A stretch of DNA of 63,295 nucleotides, the filler included, from Octopus bimaculoides (Eukaryota): the NCBI RefSeq assembly GCF_001194135.2. It is 6 parts of 6 records of this genome, joined end to end, with 100 filler letters (N's around TTAATTAATTAA, not from the genome) between each part and the next. Parts side by side here need not be neighbours in the genome. Positions count along the whole stretch, not along the records: positions 1 to 23,243 come from NC_068996.1; 5 more parts are not named here. The stretch is one strand, 5' to 3'. The notes below the pieces were generated by a model, which saw only the letters and a list, made by a program, of their open reading frames with translations, made no database searches and was not told the DNA's origin. Of this stretch, positions 1 through 13,389 are shown one piece after another. The translations under genes were made by a program, and so were the position numbers. Within the stretch, counting starts at the first letter, position 1. Every line of letters starts with the position of its first letter.

Positions 1-780
1 ACACACAGACACACATGTAATCTTTGAATTACGATCATTTTCATTACTATCAAATCGTTCGAACGTTGTAATTTGAAGACCTACACATACATAGTGTTTT
101 GCCATTCTAGAACGATGACGGAAGAGGAGAGTAATATATTACAAAATATAAATTTCTTCATTTTTTTTGTTCTGTTCTACACTGAAGATCAACTTCTATT
201 TTCTTTGGCACGATGGGGTTAGGTCGATTTAAAAAATTTAGATAAATATGTAGTAAGACTAGGATTACCTTTCGCAAAGTAATACACTACAACTGGCAGC
301 ATATTATCAACAGTTTTAATACACCTTTCTCCATTGATTGTATGTTATGATGGCCGGAGCTGGTGTTTTTTTAAATTTTGGAATTGCTGGATAATTCTTC
401 AAAATTGCTAATATCTACATTTGACATCAGATTGTAATGAAAAAGATTTCTTGCCGAACTTGGTGCTGTTTTAGCGGCAAAGCCGCCCGGTATCATTCAT
501 ATCACTAAAATATCTTCGTATGCACACATGTGTAAACTGGAAAAAAAATGTTTGTATCGGCATTTATAACTAAAGTAAAAGGAAAATAGAATCTCATCAC
601 TTGTTTTATGGATTCATAATCTTTTTCATAGGTTGAGGTAAAAACAATTGTCCAAAATACAATGATTTGATTAATCAGAATCCATGTCAGTCATGACTCT
701 AATCAAGTTTTAGCTATGATCGAATGCTAGTGATTTATAGTTTAGATGTTTTAAAGTTATAGATGATATAAATAATAATA

Positions 781-1165
781 GGCACAGGCGTGGCTGTGTG
801 GTAAGAAGTTTGCTTCTCAGTCACATGGTTGCGGGTTCAGTCCCACTATGTGGCACCTTGGGCAAGTGTCTTCTGCTATAACCTTGGTCCGACTAAAACC
901 TAGAAAACGGAAACTGAAAAGGCCCATAGTATATCTACATATCTATTTCTTTGTGTCTCAGTTTATCACCCACCATCACTTGAAAATCGGTGTTAGTGTG
1001 TTTTAGTCCCTGTATCTTAGCGGTTCGGCTAATTAAAGAGACCGATAAGATAAATGCCAGAATTTACCAGGAAAATAATAAATACTGGGATCGATTCGTT
1101 CGATTAAAATTTTGCAAAAAAGTGCTTCAATATTCCGCAATCTAATGACTGAAAAAAAGATAAAT
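781..1165 (+). mobile_element. tRNA-derived CORE-type SINE, degenerate near-full copy
   Basis: A-box-like GTGGCTGTGTGGTAAG, B-box-like GGGTTCAGTCCC and CORE-like CACCTTGGGCAAGTGTCTT. Same family as copies at 15350, 43200, 47160 and 50333. Confidence 0.8.
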
Positions 1166-1230
1166 CTAAAAGAATTTTAAAAAAATTAAAATTTAAAAAA
1201 AAAATTTATAACTTTTTAAAAAATTGAAAT

Positions 1231-1267
1231 AGTTCCGGCCTGCGGGCCATATATTTGACACTTCTGT
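1231..1267. mobile_element. hAT-like MITE terminal fragment
   Basis: TCCGGCCTGCGGGCCATATATTTGACACTTCTG resembles the GGCCCGCGGGCC...TTTGACACCCCTG ends of hAT non-autonomous elements. Only one end seen. Confidence 0.4.
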
Positions 1268-1375
1268 CCTGTGTGATTCCTCGACTTACTAAAAATTTCT
1301 ATCAAATCATCCCCAACTCACATCACAGTATTTTGGAAAAGAAAGAAAATACAAGGCACACTGTATAATGTAGAT

Positions 1376-1667
1376 CAATGTTTCCCACCCTATTTTCCCT
1401 CAGGCCCCATCATAACTTTCCAGAAAAATTTATGCCCCACCAGTGGTTGGAAAGAAACAATATATTTTAAATATTTTATCACAATTATTTGAAACAAAAA
1501 AGAATTTACCGATGATACTTTTATTAAGTACTGAGTAAAAAGAAAAGTACATTATTGACTAAGAAAAAACGATATTCACAATTCCATGTCCCACTAAAGC
1601 AAAGAATTTGGATCTTACCACAATTTTCTCACACATCGGTGGGGAGCCCCACCAGTGGGAATCACTG
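1376..1667. mobile_element. hAT-superfamily MITE
   Basis: Imperfect TIRs CAATGTTTCCCAC / GTGGGAATCACTG, flanked by an 8-bp near-TSD ATGTAGAT (1368-1375) / ATGTCGAC (1668-1675). Confidence 0.7.
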
Positions 1668-2104
1668 ATGTCGACCGTCATCGTCCCTCCTCTAAAAAAA
1701 AAAAGAGTTGATTATCATCGGAATGCAATTTCGTCATGCCAAATCCACTCAGGCAGAGTTGAACTTGGGCCGCACAAATATAGCAACAAGGATTTTTGCT
1801 TTTAAAATTTACGCTTCTATGTGTTTATTTCATTTTACTTTATTTCATTTTATACCTTCTGTCGTTGTACAGGTTATGTCTTTTCTGAAGTGGTTGAATC
1901 ATGTATTGTTTGTTTACCATCTTTCCTTGTAGTCATTCATTTGTTTATTTCAGTATCTTCAAAATTCTGTAAGCATTTAGCTTTAATTCTCAGTATGGAC
2001 AAAAACAATCTCACCATTCCATTGATAGGTTCTAATCACTTCCTTTTTATCGACCACATGACAAACAATCTTTAGCTGAGTCAGAAACTCTTCCTTTTTA
2101 TAAT

Positions 2105-2240
2105 AGTAATGGCTTTTTCAATTTTGAGGGAAGTGGTAAGCCGATTACATTGGCCCCAGTAGGTGATTGGTAGATTATCTTATCGATCCCCAAAGGATGT
2201 GAAGCAGAGTTGACTTCGGTTGGGTGATCGTAAGTTACAT
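2105..2240 (-). mobile_element. tRNA-derived SINE fragment (second family)
   Basis: Diverged match to the ATCGACCCCGAAAGGATGAAAGGCAAAGTCGACCTCGG family repeated through the window. Confidence 0.6.
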
Positions 2241-2574
2241 AGGCCGTAAGTTAGGGAGCAATATAAATATATACGATGAGCTTTCGTACAATTTCTTTTT
2301 ACCAAATCTCACTCAAAAAGAATCGGTCAACCCAAAGCTACTATAGAAAAATTTTGACTAAAGTGCCACGGAATGGGATTGAAACTGGAACAACTCGATT
2401 GCGAAGCGAACTTCTTAAATACAGGTCATGCATACGTCTGTATATGTATACAAATAACAAATCTGAGAAGTGTGAGTAGAATTTCGAATTACTATGTATT
2501 TTGTATAGATGTATCTCGTATACATGTATATCTATAGTGAAGTGATTCATAAATAATAACATAGTTATTGGTTT

Positions 2575-2778
2575 CAAATTTTAGCAAAGAGCCAACAATT
2601 TAAGGGGAGGGGTCAGTCGGTCAAAACGGCACCAATATTCAACTGTCACTTATTTTATCGACCTCGAAGGTATGAAAGGCAACGTTCCTGAAATATGAAT
2701 TCAGAACTTAGAGACGGACGAAGTACCGCTGAGCATTTTGCCCGGCGTGCTAACGATTCTATCTGCTCGCCGCCTTAT
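2575..2778 (-). mobile_element. tRNA-derived SINE (second family)
   Basis: Reverse complement of head GGCGGCGAGC...AGAATCGTTAGCACGCCGGG; same family as 53963-54105. Confidence 0.75.
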
Positions 2779-4429
2779 AAACAACATAATTATTAAAATA
2801 ATTGACTAAAGGCAACCAGTTGCTTTTCAGACTTATACATTGCTTTTGCTATCACCAGCAATACCCGTGTATATTTTCCCACAGCATTTAATTTTTGAAG
2901 ACAAAAAATATTTTACTTCTAAAAATTGCTAATAATTCTGAAATTACAAATTTAGAGTCATGCAAAGTAAACCAGCTTTGATCTCAAATGCTGAATACGT
3001 TTACTTTACAAAAATGCGTTCACAACAAGTTAGATGAATTTCCATCATTGATACTTGTTGATAGAAGCAGTTTACCTCCTCCACAAATACCAATTTGATA
3101 TCTTTACCTTTTTTAATCTAAACTATTACAAGAACTTTAATCCGTCTGCATCGTAACGGTAAAAGTGCTATTATATAATTGCGCCATCGAAATGCTATGG
3201 TAACACTCTTGTAGTGGACAGTACACAATGGTGAGATTTTAACAGTAAGCACTCTACTATGTAAGGATATTTACACGCCCATCTATTATATACTCCAGCT
3301 GCATTAGTCACACCACACCGTAACAATAAATACACTATGCTTTAAAAAAAAACTTTCCCCAGTACTCACTAAAAAAGAACTACAAACATGTAATCAAATC
3401 AGTACAAAAGAAGAAAACTATTTGGTTTTCACTCTCCTTCTCTCTCTCAATCTATTAGCGTCTGAAATTAAAAACAAAAACAGCAACAAACGGCAAAAAC
3501 AACAAAAAAATATAATTCTTAATAAGCAGTGGAACTACCAAAACAAAATCCACCCCACACTATTACCACCATCACTACCACCACCACAATGAATGCCACC
3601 TCACACTACCGCCACTATTACCAACACACTCATTAAGAAAATCAAGAGCAACAGCAAACAAAACAAATAAACAACAACAATAAAAAGACCAATAAAATAC
3701 CTGCACACGTAATTAGCAGTAAATAGAAACTGATTGTAAATATTCGGTGTCGAAAAATTAATAAAGAATAATTGCTAAACGACGTATTTGGATACTGAAA
3801 ATCTGTTTAAGCTTATTAGAAGAACACTTGAGAAATTTCTAGAGAACTTAGCTATAACAACAATGTCTAATTTAAAGTGGCACTTACTTTAAACTCAGCT
3901 TTACTTTTCTTCTTATTTTACTTTGTAAACTATTGGCAACAGATGATAGCAGTAGACCAAAGTATTTTAGTTTCATTTTATTTTTCTATTGAATTTGTCA
4001 TATAATTCAATTAAACGGCAAAACGGCCGAAAGTATAAAGTTAACGGTTAGCTATCACATGACCTCGTGAGTTCGAATCTCCTTTGTTTATGATGCAAAC
4101 CGCTGAAACTGATATAGATGGTCACTTTTTATGAAGAATGTACTGATAATTGACTATTTTTTTTTAAAACTTGATATTGCAATTTGGGAAACAACATTAA
4201 TGTTGGTTACAGGCACAGGTTGTTTATATTTCTGTAAGAACACAAAAGAGTTGGGGATCACTACAGCTATTTCTGATGTGTTTTTATTGACGAAAAAATC
4301 AATTACATCATGGAAAATCGAGAGAAAAAAAAAACGCTTTCTTCAGGTGTCTAAAAATTTAAATCCCAAATTTAACATTTAATATTTGGTTCATAACGAA
4401 TATATTTATAATAAAAAAATCACACTGTA

Positions 4430-5335
4430 AAACCTAAAAAATGGTTCAGCAGAAAATTCACATAAGCAGGTTATCGGTGATAAGAAATACGAACGAGCCT
4501 CAAAGAAAATTTGAGTATGTAAAAATTGATTATACAAAAGTAAAGTTACAATTGGATACGGGCAGTGATATCTCGATAGTTAACACAGATACATGGAAAA
4601 AAACCCAAAAAACATCGGGAGATCTAGGTTAAAAGAAACTTCAAAAACTGCACGCGGTGTTTCAGGAAAAAAATAACATTTTAAGGGCGAAATGATAAAT
4701 GATGTTATATTTCGTGGAAAAACCTTAAAAGCCAAAGTTTTTGGATTGAATAATATGACTGGATGGAATTATTTAACTCAAGGGACATCCTCATAAATCT
4801 TTTCTGTAAAAGTGTAAATGATTTTCCTGCTAGTACAAGTAAGTCGTTAGACGAATTAAAAAAAAAAAAAAAAATTTTTCTGAAGCTCTGTCTATGCAAC
4901 AAATCAAAGGCAAAGTTTGAAGTAAAAGAAAACGCCATACCTTTATCTAAACCAAAGCGAATGGTACCTTTCGCAACGTTAGAACAAATAAACTAAGAAT
5001 TAGAGAGACTAGAAAAAAGTTTGAGTTATCTAAAAAGTGGAATATTCTGAATGGGCATCACCAACTGTTTACGTTTAGAAAAAGAATAATAAAATCAGAG
5101 TGTGTGCTGATTTTTCCACTGGTTTAAACAAATGTCTTAAAGCGTTCTACTATCTGCTACCTACTCTGCAAAAGATATTTGCGAAATTAAACGGTGGCAA
5201 GATATTTTCTAACTTGGATCTCTCTGACACGTACCAACAAATTAGAATAGACGATGAATGCCCAAAATACCTAGCAATTAACACACATAAAGGACTATAA
5301 ATACAACAGGATACTATTTGGCTTAAAAGTCGCAG
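4430..5335 (+). pseudogene. Ty3/Gypsy LTR-retrotransposon pol remnant (aspartic protease + N-terminal RT)
   Basis: Protease motif LQLDTGSDISIVN. RT motifs RMVPFA, SEWASP, CADFSTGLN, KIFSNLDLSDTYQQI and HKGL-YKYNRILFGLKVA. Many frameshifts and stops; truncated before YxDD. Confidence 0.9.
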
Positions 5336-5571
5336 GATATATTCCTGTCCCTACAATTTTCTCTATTTAACCCTAACCCTAACTCTAACCCCCAAGTGAC
5401 TAAAAGTGGACTGACACATTGCTATGAAATAAAGAACTGTCAACAGTTCAGGGCTGAGCAGTTTTCTGTAAGCCGTTGGCAGAGAGCGTTTAACCTCGTG
5501 TAACAGTAATAGTAGTGCGTCGTGTGAATACTTTCTTTCTCCTGGTTCGTTAAATCATCTATTCAACACCA

Positions 5572-5642
<71 letters not shown>

Positions 5643-5782
5643 ACACACATTTCAATGATGGAAACTCACGTAAGATAATCTGTGCTAATCCTCTGAACTG
5701 TCATGTAATTTCAATAGTTCTTTTGGACATATTTCCTTTCCGTAAATCTTAGTCTGGCTCCCTCATATACACACCCACGAAA

Positions 5783-5852
5783 CGCACGCATGCACTCATG
5801 CACGCATGCACTCATGCACGCATGCACTCATGCACGCATGCACTCATGCACG
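5783..5852. repeat. 16-bp minisatellite (CACGCATGCACTCATG) x ~4
   Basis: Tandem copies read directly. Confidence 0.9.
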
Positions 5853-6261
5853 CACGCCGCACGCACACGCACATGCACGCACACATACACACACACACAA
5901 GAATAAACAGTAGAAAAGCATAAATTTCACTGATATATCATAATTTAAATACTTCCAACAGCTGTTTTAATAAGAATAAGCATAATTAATTCAATAATCA
6001 TGTAATTAAGTTAAATGCTTAATGGAAATTAATTGAAATTAAATTAGTTCTCAAATATGCTCATCTCAAATCATTAGGAATATTCCTTCTGTGCTAGCAA
6101 TTTCCGTTGCTGTTTTAAATCACTTGTATTTAAACAAGCAACAATTTCCCACATTTTAATCTAAATAGACGTTGATCTTAAGGGTCGTTTTAGCCGATTA
6201 TGTACATATATGCGAAATTCTTTCGCTGGATTCATTGCAATGTATAATGTATACGAGTTTA

Positions 6262-7948
6262 TACTGCTCTATATTTTTGAGATGAGGAATTCCGTACATT
6301 ATTTACAATATTTACTCTCCAGCATTCATCAGGTGTCCTGGTGATATTCCATTATGACCCATAGTAAGCTGTAGAGGTTCAGCATGACATCCACTGAGCC
6401 ACTTCCTTGTGGATATAATCAGTCCATTAGCAGGAAAGTCAACATCATATGTGAAGAATTCCACCCACTTCACAGAATTGATCAAAGATACCCCCATTGA
6501 ATTCAACCAGAGGGTGAATCTAGAAGGGATAAGTCTGTTCCCAACTGATGAAGCACTATCACTGATTCAAGAAAAACTGGTGACGGACACCTGTCTAAAA
6601 GATCGCATTAGTATACCAATAAGGAACTTGATGGAAATATTGACCTTCTCTGTAGAAACTACCTACTTCAGAGTAGATAGTGAGAATATCGACAGGATGA
6701 GGATTTAGCTATGGGTTCGCCATTATCATCAATAACAGCCAATATATACATGAATACTTTGAGAATTTGGCTTTAGGATCAACACCACTAAAGCCAACCC
6801 GATGGTTTCGATACGTTGATGACACCTTTATACTCTGGCTTCACTAGAAAGATGTACTGCTAGATCATGTGAACTCAATAAAGCCATCCGTACAGTTCAC
6901 AATGGAAAAGGAAAAAGACAATCTTGGACGTATATAAAACATGCACCAAGTATGGATTCAAGACATTCATATACTGCAAGTTGACCTTCATTGGATGATA
7001 CCTCAACTTCAATTCCCACCATCCATACAGTGTAAAGAGAGGGATTGCTCAGTGCCTAACATCGAGCAAAGAATATAAGTAGCGATCGTCATACATACCA
7101 CGAAGAAATGATCAAGCTAAATAACAATCTATTAAGCAACAACCACCCAAAAAACATACTATCCACTCCAATTAGAAAGAGGAGAGAAGATGAAATCCAT
7201 AAACTGACCACAGTCTGTCTACCCTATGTGAAAGGCCTCTCGGAAAAGATACAAAAGATATGCGGTCCATATGATATCAGGACGGTATTTAAGAATAATA
7301 CAATACTTCGCAAATATCTCCTTCGAGTAAGACCACCAATAAAAGAGAATATGACCAAAAACTGCGTGTACTCCATCCCATGCTGTTGTGGTAGGTTATA
7401 TAAAGGCGAAACATATCGTCCACTCAAAATAAGGGTAGAGGAACATCGTAAAGCTGTGACTCGAGGAGATGTTGAAAAATCGGGTATAGCTGATCATGAA
7501 TGGAAAAGCGGAGACCACCTTCCCCTGTGGGATGAAATTAAAATAATAGACAGAGAATACCACTGGAAAATCCGAAAACTAAAAGAGGCAGCATATATGC
7601 TAAGACACAATAATCTTCTAAGCAGATCTAATCCAGATATGAGCAGAATATGGGTATTGAGGACGTGTACAAAAATATTAGGTTTATAAACCCTAAAATT
7701 CACTCTATAACTGGTCACGGGCATATAGCATAATGGTTAAGATTGCGAGTTCAATTCAAGGAAGAAATAATAACGTTAGCAAGAAAAAAAAAAGACTTTA
7801 GAAATTAGAACCCAGGGTTGGGTTCAAAATTCTACCAGAACTCCTGATGAAGGCTGGAGAGTAAATCAGCCGAAACGTGGTAACAACAAAGAAGATGAGG
7901 ACACATATCCGTCCAATGTAAATGATGTAAATAATGTATACGAGTTTA
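6262..7948 (+). mobile_element. Penelope-like element: inverted pLTR fragment + decayed RT/GIY-YIG ORF + 3' pLTR
   Basis: RT motifs TSYVKNSTHF, GLAMGSPLS and WFRYVDDTF. GIY-YIG motif CVYSIPCCCGRLYKGETYRPLKIRVEEH (ORF 7108-7689). 3' repeat at ~7800-7940; its inverted partial copy at 6262-~6350. Confidence 0.9.
7838..7885 (+). ncRNA. Hammerhead-ribozyme-like motif in PLE pLTR (stem I degenerate)
   Basis: CTGATGA-a-GGCTG(gagagtaaat)CAGCC-GAAAC-gtg-GTA. Core and stem II intact; stem I does not pair well in this copy. Confidence 0.55.
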
Positions 7949-9033
7949 ATAACGTCATAATTACTGTGGATATATAATTTGTGATGTTTTATGCATCGTT
8001 CCTTTTCAACAGCAATTTTGTTAGTCATCAACAATTTTGTGTTTACCCAAATGCAACAACCTTACTGAGCTATCCGTTGATGGAATTTACTGCTCTTGAA
8101 TGAAAGACTTTTCTAAGATCTTTTCAATAGTTATTCTTCTTCTCACATTCCGTCTGTCTTTAAATTGTTATTTCACACTGTGTTCATTACATATTTGATG
8201 ATTCTGCTGTTAATTTCTCATTTTGTTCGGCTTTGTTTACAGTGTTGTGTAAATGTAAAGAAACTTAACAACACAATCCCGTTGTATAAATGTAATCAAA
8301 CAAGTTAAATGACTATTATCTGCATTGTGACCCCCTCACATTTCAATAATTTACTTTAGCATATATATTGAACTTGCATTCCGCTTAAACACACAATAAT
8401 TACATTTTATTTTTCCTGATAATTTGTAAAGCATTTATTGTTAATTTTTCTCTAAGCCAACAACTGAAAACTATACTCTCCATTTTTTTCAGTATGTTGC
8501 TTCTTCGCAATATGCAAGACTGTATGCACCTTACAATGCATATACAATTCAGATTATTATTAGCGTGTAAATAAAATGTTTATTACATATATGCATACAC
8601 ATATTTATGTTATACACACGAGCTTATGTCATTATCTATTTATACACAGCAATAATATATTCTGCTTTTGAGTTATATCATAACCTAAGCATTTTAACAC
8701 AATTTGAAATTACTTAATACTTATCTGAAGTCCATTCAATTAGAAATCCTATTATTAAATATTTTCATCTGCTGACGTCCGTCGAGACTCAACTGAATAG
8801 CTTGTAGAAATCTGTTACACTAAGATGCATTATTTCCACGAATAAGAAAAAATAAAAAGTAAAAGAAGGAAGCAGAACATTTAACAATATTTGTTTAGGG
8901 ATTTAGTATTTACATTTCTATTATGAAACCCTAAATGGTGGGAGTCAGACCTTACATAGCAGTTTTCTCTGTATACACATAAACAACAACCATTAATTTG
9001 CCATCTATATAGAAACTCCATATATATATATAT

Positions 9034-9066
<33 letters not shown>

Positions 9067-10374
9067 TATATATACATACATACATACATATGTATATATT
9101 ATATATANNNNNNNNNNNNNNNNNNNNNNNNNNNNNNNNNNNNNNNNNNNNNNNNNNNNNNNNNNNNNNNNNNNNNNNNNNNNNNNNNNNNNNNNNNNNN
9201 NNNNNNNNNNNNNNNNNNNNNNNNNNNNNNNNNNNNNNNNNNNNNNNNNNNNNNNNNNNNNNNNNNNNNNNNNNNNNNNNNNNNNNNNNNNNNNNNNNNN
9301 NNNNNNNNNNNNNNNNNNNNNNNNNNNNNNNNNNNNNNNNNNNNNNNNNNNNNNNNNNNNNNNNNNNNNNNNNNNNNNNNNNNNNNNNNNNNNNNNNNNN
9401 NNNNNNNNNNNNNNNNNNNNNNNNNNNNNNNNNNNNNNNNNNNNNNNNNNNNNNNNNNNNNNNNNNNNNNNNNNNNNNNNNNNNNNNNNNNNNNNNNNNN
9501 NNNNNNNNNNNNNNNNNNNNNNNNNNNNNNNNNNNNNNNNNNNNNNNNNNNNNNNNNNNNNNNNNNNNNNNNNNNNNNNNNNNNNNNNNNNNNNNNNNNN
9601 NNNNNNNNNNNNNNNNNNNNNNNNNNNNNNNTATATATATATATGTATATATATATAATAATATATATATATGTAATATACATTCAAACATATATACATG
9701 CATATATATATATATATATATACGAGCATACACACATGAACAAAATAATCAAATTATTCATAATTCTGAAAAGGATACAGTACAAAGAGATTACAGAGCT
9801 TAAATATCACTTATGAAACAATTTCTGACATGTTTTAACTGGTTTTACTACCCAAGAGGAGTTCCTCAGAGAATTGAGTGTTTACAATATAAACTTTTAA
9901 ATAGTTTAAGAAAAAATAAAGATAGACGATAGGAAGAATAGAAAAAGAGGAGAGATCAGGAAGAACGAATTTTGTGGAAGCGATACAAGACGCAGGAATC
10001 GTGTGATAGAATTTATAGTCTATATACATAAATAATATATATTTATGTAAACATAGATATATGCACACACACACACACACACACACACATGCATGTATAA
10101 ATTATATGTAAACATACACATATACATTCAAACACAGACGCACATATACATTTAAAAAAAGATAGTCTCAGTTCCTCATTCAAAGTCTAGTGGGCGAAGA
10201 ACACGTCCACATCATCATATGTTCAGAGAATGTTGAATTAGAAAGAGGGATGCAATCCGGTTTAACATTGAAATGAATATATCTTCAAGATTCTTGATAC
10301 TGATAACGTGGCAATTAATAGAAAAACCCAAATATAACTTCACCATACACACTCATATTATATAATATAATATA

Positions 10375-10454
<80 letters not shown>

Positions 10455-10459
10455 CTCTG

Positions 10460-10491
<32 letters not shown>

Positions 10492-10655
10492 TATATACAT
10501 ATATATATACATACACATATATATATTGAGAGAGAGGGAGAGAGAGAAAGAGAAAGAAAAAATGAGAGACTTTCATATATATATATATATATATATGTAT
10601 GAGCATTTACACACACAGAGACAGACAGACAGACAGATAGACGCACACATATATA

Positions 10656-11875
10656 GAGGGTGTGTAAGATATTTGAGGACATACCTTTTTTGGGTCATTA
10701 CTGCATTTTTTGCTAACTCTTGTTTCAGATAATAATGATGGCAGACCCTCAGCTTACACAAGAAATGAAGCGACATGCTGTTATTGTGGTTATAAAGGCT
10801 GAGCATAGCGATCTAGAAATATCTCGATGTTTAAAAGTTGCCAGATCTTTCGTCTACAAAGTTTATAAGGAGCTCGAGACTGAAGCTGGAAACCTATCAC
10901 CAGTATAAAAGCATAAAATGCATTCTAAATGCTCTGAAATCATCAGAACACCTGAATTTATTCAGCAAGTTCACCAGACCATTGATTACAATCACAGAAA
11001 GTTCAACAGGTCATTTGTAAAAGATCTCCATGTGTCAGAAGGAACAGTCAGAAATGTTGTCCACGAAGACATCAGATATACGTCTTATATGATGAGGAAA
11101 GGTCAGTTTGTCAGAAAAAGCAAAAGAAAATCACTATATCAGATCTAAAAGGCTCTTAAACAAACTGAAAAATCTAGCAAAAGATTTGATTTGTTTTTTC
11201 TCAAACGAGAAAAACTTCGACCAGGATAAAAAGTTAACAGAAGAAATGACAAATGGTTATGTGCAGACCCTTCTGAAGTTCCAAGTATTATGCATACAAA
11301 ATTTCCTGCAACAGTCATGGTTTTAGGGGTTGTCAGCAATGAAGGACATGTGATGCCTTCTTACTTCTTTCCACAAGGCCTTAAAGTTAACTATACCACC
11401 TACATTGAAGTCTTGGAAATAACTGTTAAACCCTGGATAGACTGTGTATGCAATGGAAGGCCATATATGTTTCAGTAAGACTCTGCACTATCACATATGG
11501 CTCTAGTAACACAGGAATGGATGGCTGAAAATTTTCAAGATCATATAACCCCTAACATTTTGCCTCCTAATTCCCAAGATTTCAACCCGTTAGATTATTA
11601 CACGTGGAGCGTGGTTGAGAGAGAGGTCAATGAACATGCCCATAACACCAAAGATTCTTTGAAAGCTACCATAGTCAGAGTAATGTCCAAAATGAACCAG
11701 GACTACATGATTCAAGCACTTAGATGATTTAGATCTCATATAGAAGCTGTTGTTGAAGCTGAAGGTAGCTTTATTAAATAACATTATAGAAAAGAAGGTT
11801 TATTTTTATCCTCATAGCATTTTTGATAAATAAAGTTATTTATTATGTGTTATATATTTGTTCTTTGAAAAGAGC
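10656..11875 (+). mobile_element. Tc1/mariner maT-family (DD37D) transposon, transposase pseudogene 10738-11781
   Basis: HTH region, FFSNEKNF, FQ*DSALSH and PPNSQDFNPLDYYTWS. I count 37 residues between the second and third catalytic Asp. TA precedes the left end; right TIR not seen. Confidence 0.9.
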
Positions 11876-11879
11876 TGGA

Positions 11880-12420
11880 CCATTCGTAGTGAAGAAGTTG
11901 TGTCGCAATATTCTTGTGTGATGTGATCTCGACCTTTATAGGGGACGCATTGCACGGGGGCCTAGTCTTGGATGAATGGTAAACATAATCCCGATGTCAT
12001 TTGGATAATATTGGCGGAATATTCTCCATATGGCGCAAATAATGTATCGCTCAGAGCGGTGTTGCAGAGAATAAAGTTTCAGCTGTTTAAATCGAGGCCA
12101 ATAATTAAGTCACATCATACCATTTATTTTTTTAGTGATTGATCTTTGTGGCGCTTCGATCCTCATTAGATCTTGTTTTTTGTAGGGGGACCACAATGGG
12201 CAGCTGTATTCGAGGTGGGGTTTAGCGAATGTGAAGAAGAGAAGGATGAAGGTTTCCCGATCCCTAGATTGAAAAGTTCTGAGGATCTATGAGCACATTC
12301 TGCAGACAACATCGACTTTTTTGTTGATGTGCATACACCAACTAAGGTTGTTGTCGACAGTTACACTCAAGTCTCTGATATTATCCAACGGTTCAAGTAG
12401 GTCTCAAGTAGGTACAGAGA
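11880..12420 (-). mobile_element. CR1/L2-group LINE RT C-terminal fragment
   Basis: Minus-strand translation DLSVTVDNNLSW...FTFAKPHLEYSCPLWSPYKKQD..IEAPQRSITK, typical of the CR1/L2 RT thumb region. Stops present. Confidence 0.85.
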
Positions 12421-12506
12421 CTGATTCGCAGTAGCCGTTGGAGAAAATGTCCTTGGCAGTTTATGCAGTTTAAATATATATATAAAAGTGAGGTGAGGAC
12501 CGAAAT

Positions 12507-12559
12507 CCTTCAAAGGGATGTCAAACATCCGATTTGGATGTTTGACATCCCTTTGAAGG
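12507..12559. repeat. Perfect 24-bp inverted repeat with 5-nt loop abutting a gap
   Basis: CCTTCAAAGGGATGTCAAACATCC-GATTT-GGATGTTTGACATCCCTTTGAAGG. Confidence 0.95.
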
Positions 12560-13334
12560 NNNNNNNNNNNNNNNNNNNNNNNNNNNNNNNNNNNNNNNNN
12601 NNNNNNNNNNNNNNNNNNNNNNNNNNNNNNNNNNNNNNNNNNNNNNNNNNNNNNNNNNNNNNNNNNNNNNNNNNNNNNNNNNNNNNNNNNNNNNNNNNNN
12701 NNNNNNNNNNNNNNNNNNNNNNNNNNNNNNNNNNNNNNNNNNNNNNNNNNNNNNNNNNNNNNNNNNNNNNNNNNNNNNNNNNNNNNNNNNNNNNNNNNNN
12801 NNNNNNNNNNNNNNNNNNNNNNNNNNNNNNNNNNNNNNNNNNNNNNNNNNNNNNNNNNNNNNNNNNNNNNNNNNNNNNNNNNNNNNNNNNNNNNNNNNNN
12901 NNNNNNNNNNNNNNNNNNNNNNNNNNNNNNNNNNNNNNNNNNNNNNNNNNNNNNNNNNNNNNNNNNNNNNNNNNNNNNNNNNNNNNNNNNNNNNNNNNNN
13001 NNNNNNNNNNNNNNNNNNNNNNNNNNNNNNNNNNNNNNNNNNNNNNNNNNNNNNNNNNNNNNNNNNNNNNNNNNNNNNNNNNNNNNNNNNNNNNNNNNNN
13101 NNNNNNNNNNNNNNNNNNNNNNNNNNNNNNNNNNNNNNNNNNNNNNNNNNNNNNNNNNNNNNNNNNNNNNNNNNNNNNNNNNNNNNNNNNNNNNNNNNNN
13201 NNNNNNNNNNNNNNNNNNNNNNNNNNNNNNNNNNNNNNNNNNNNNNNNNNNNNNNNNNNNNNNNNNNNNNNNTATATATATATATATATATATTCTTATA
13301 TTTTTTATACTTTCAACCCTAAAGCTGTGGCCAT

Positions 13335-13389
<55 letters not shown>

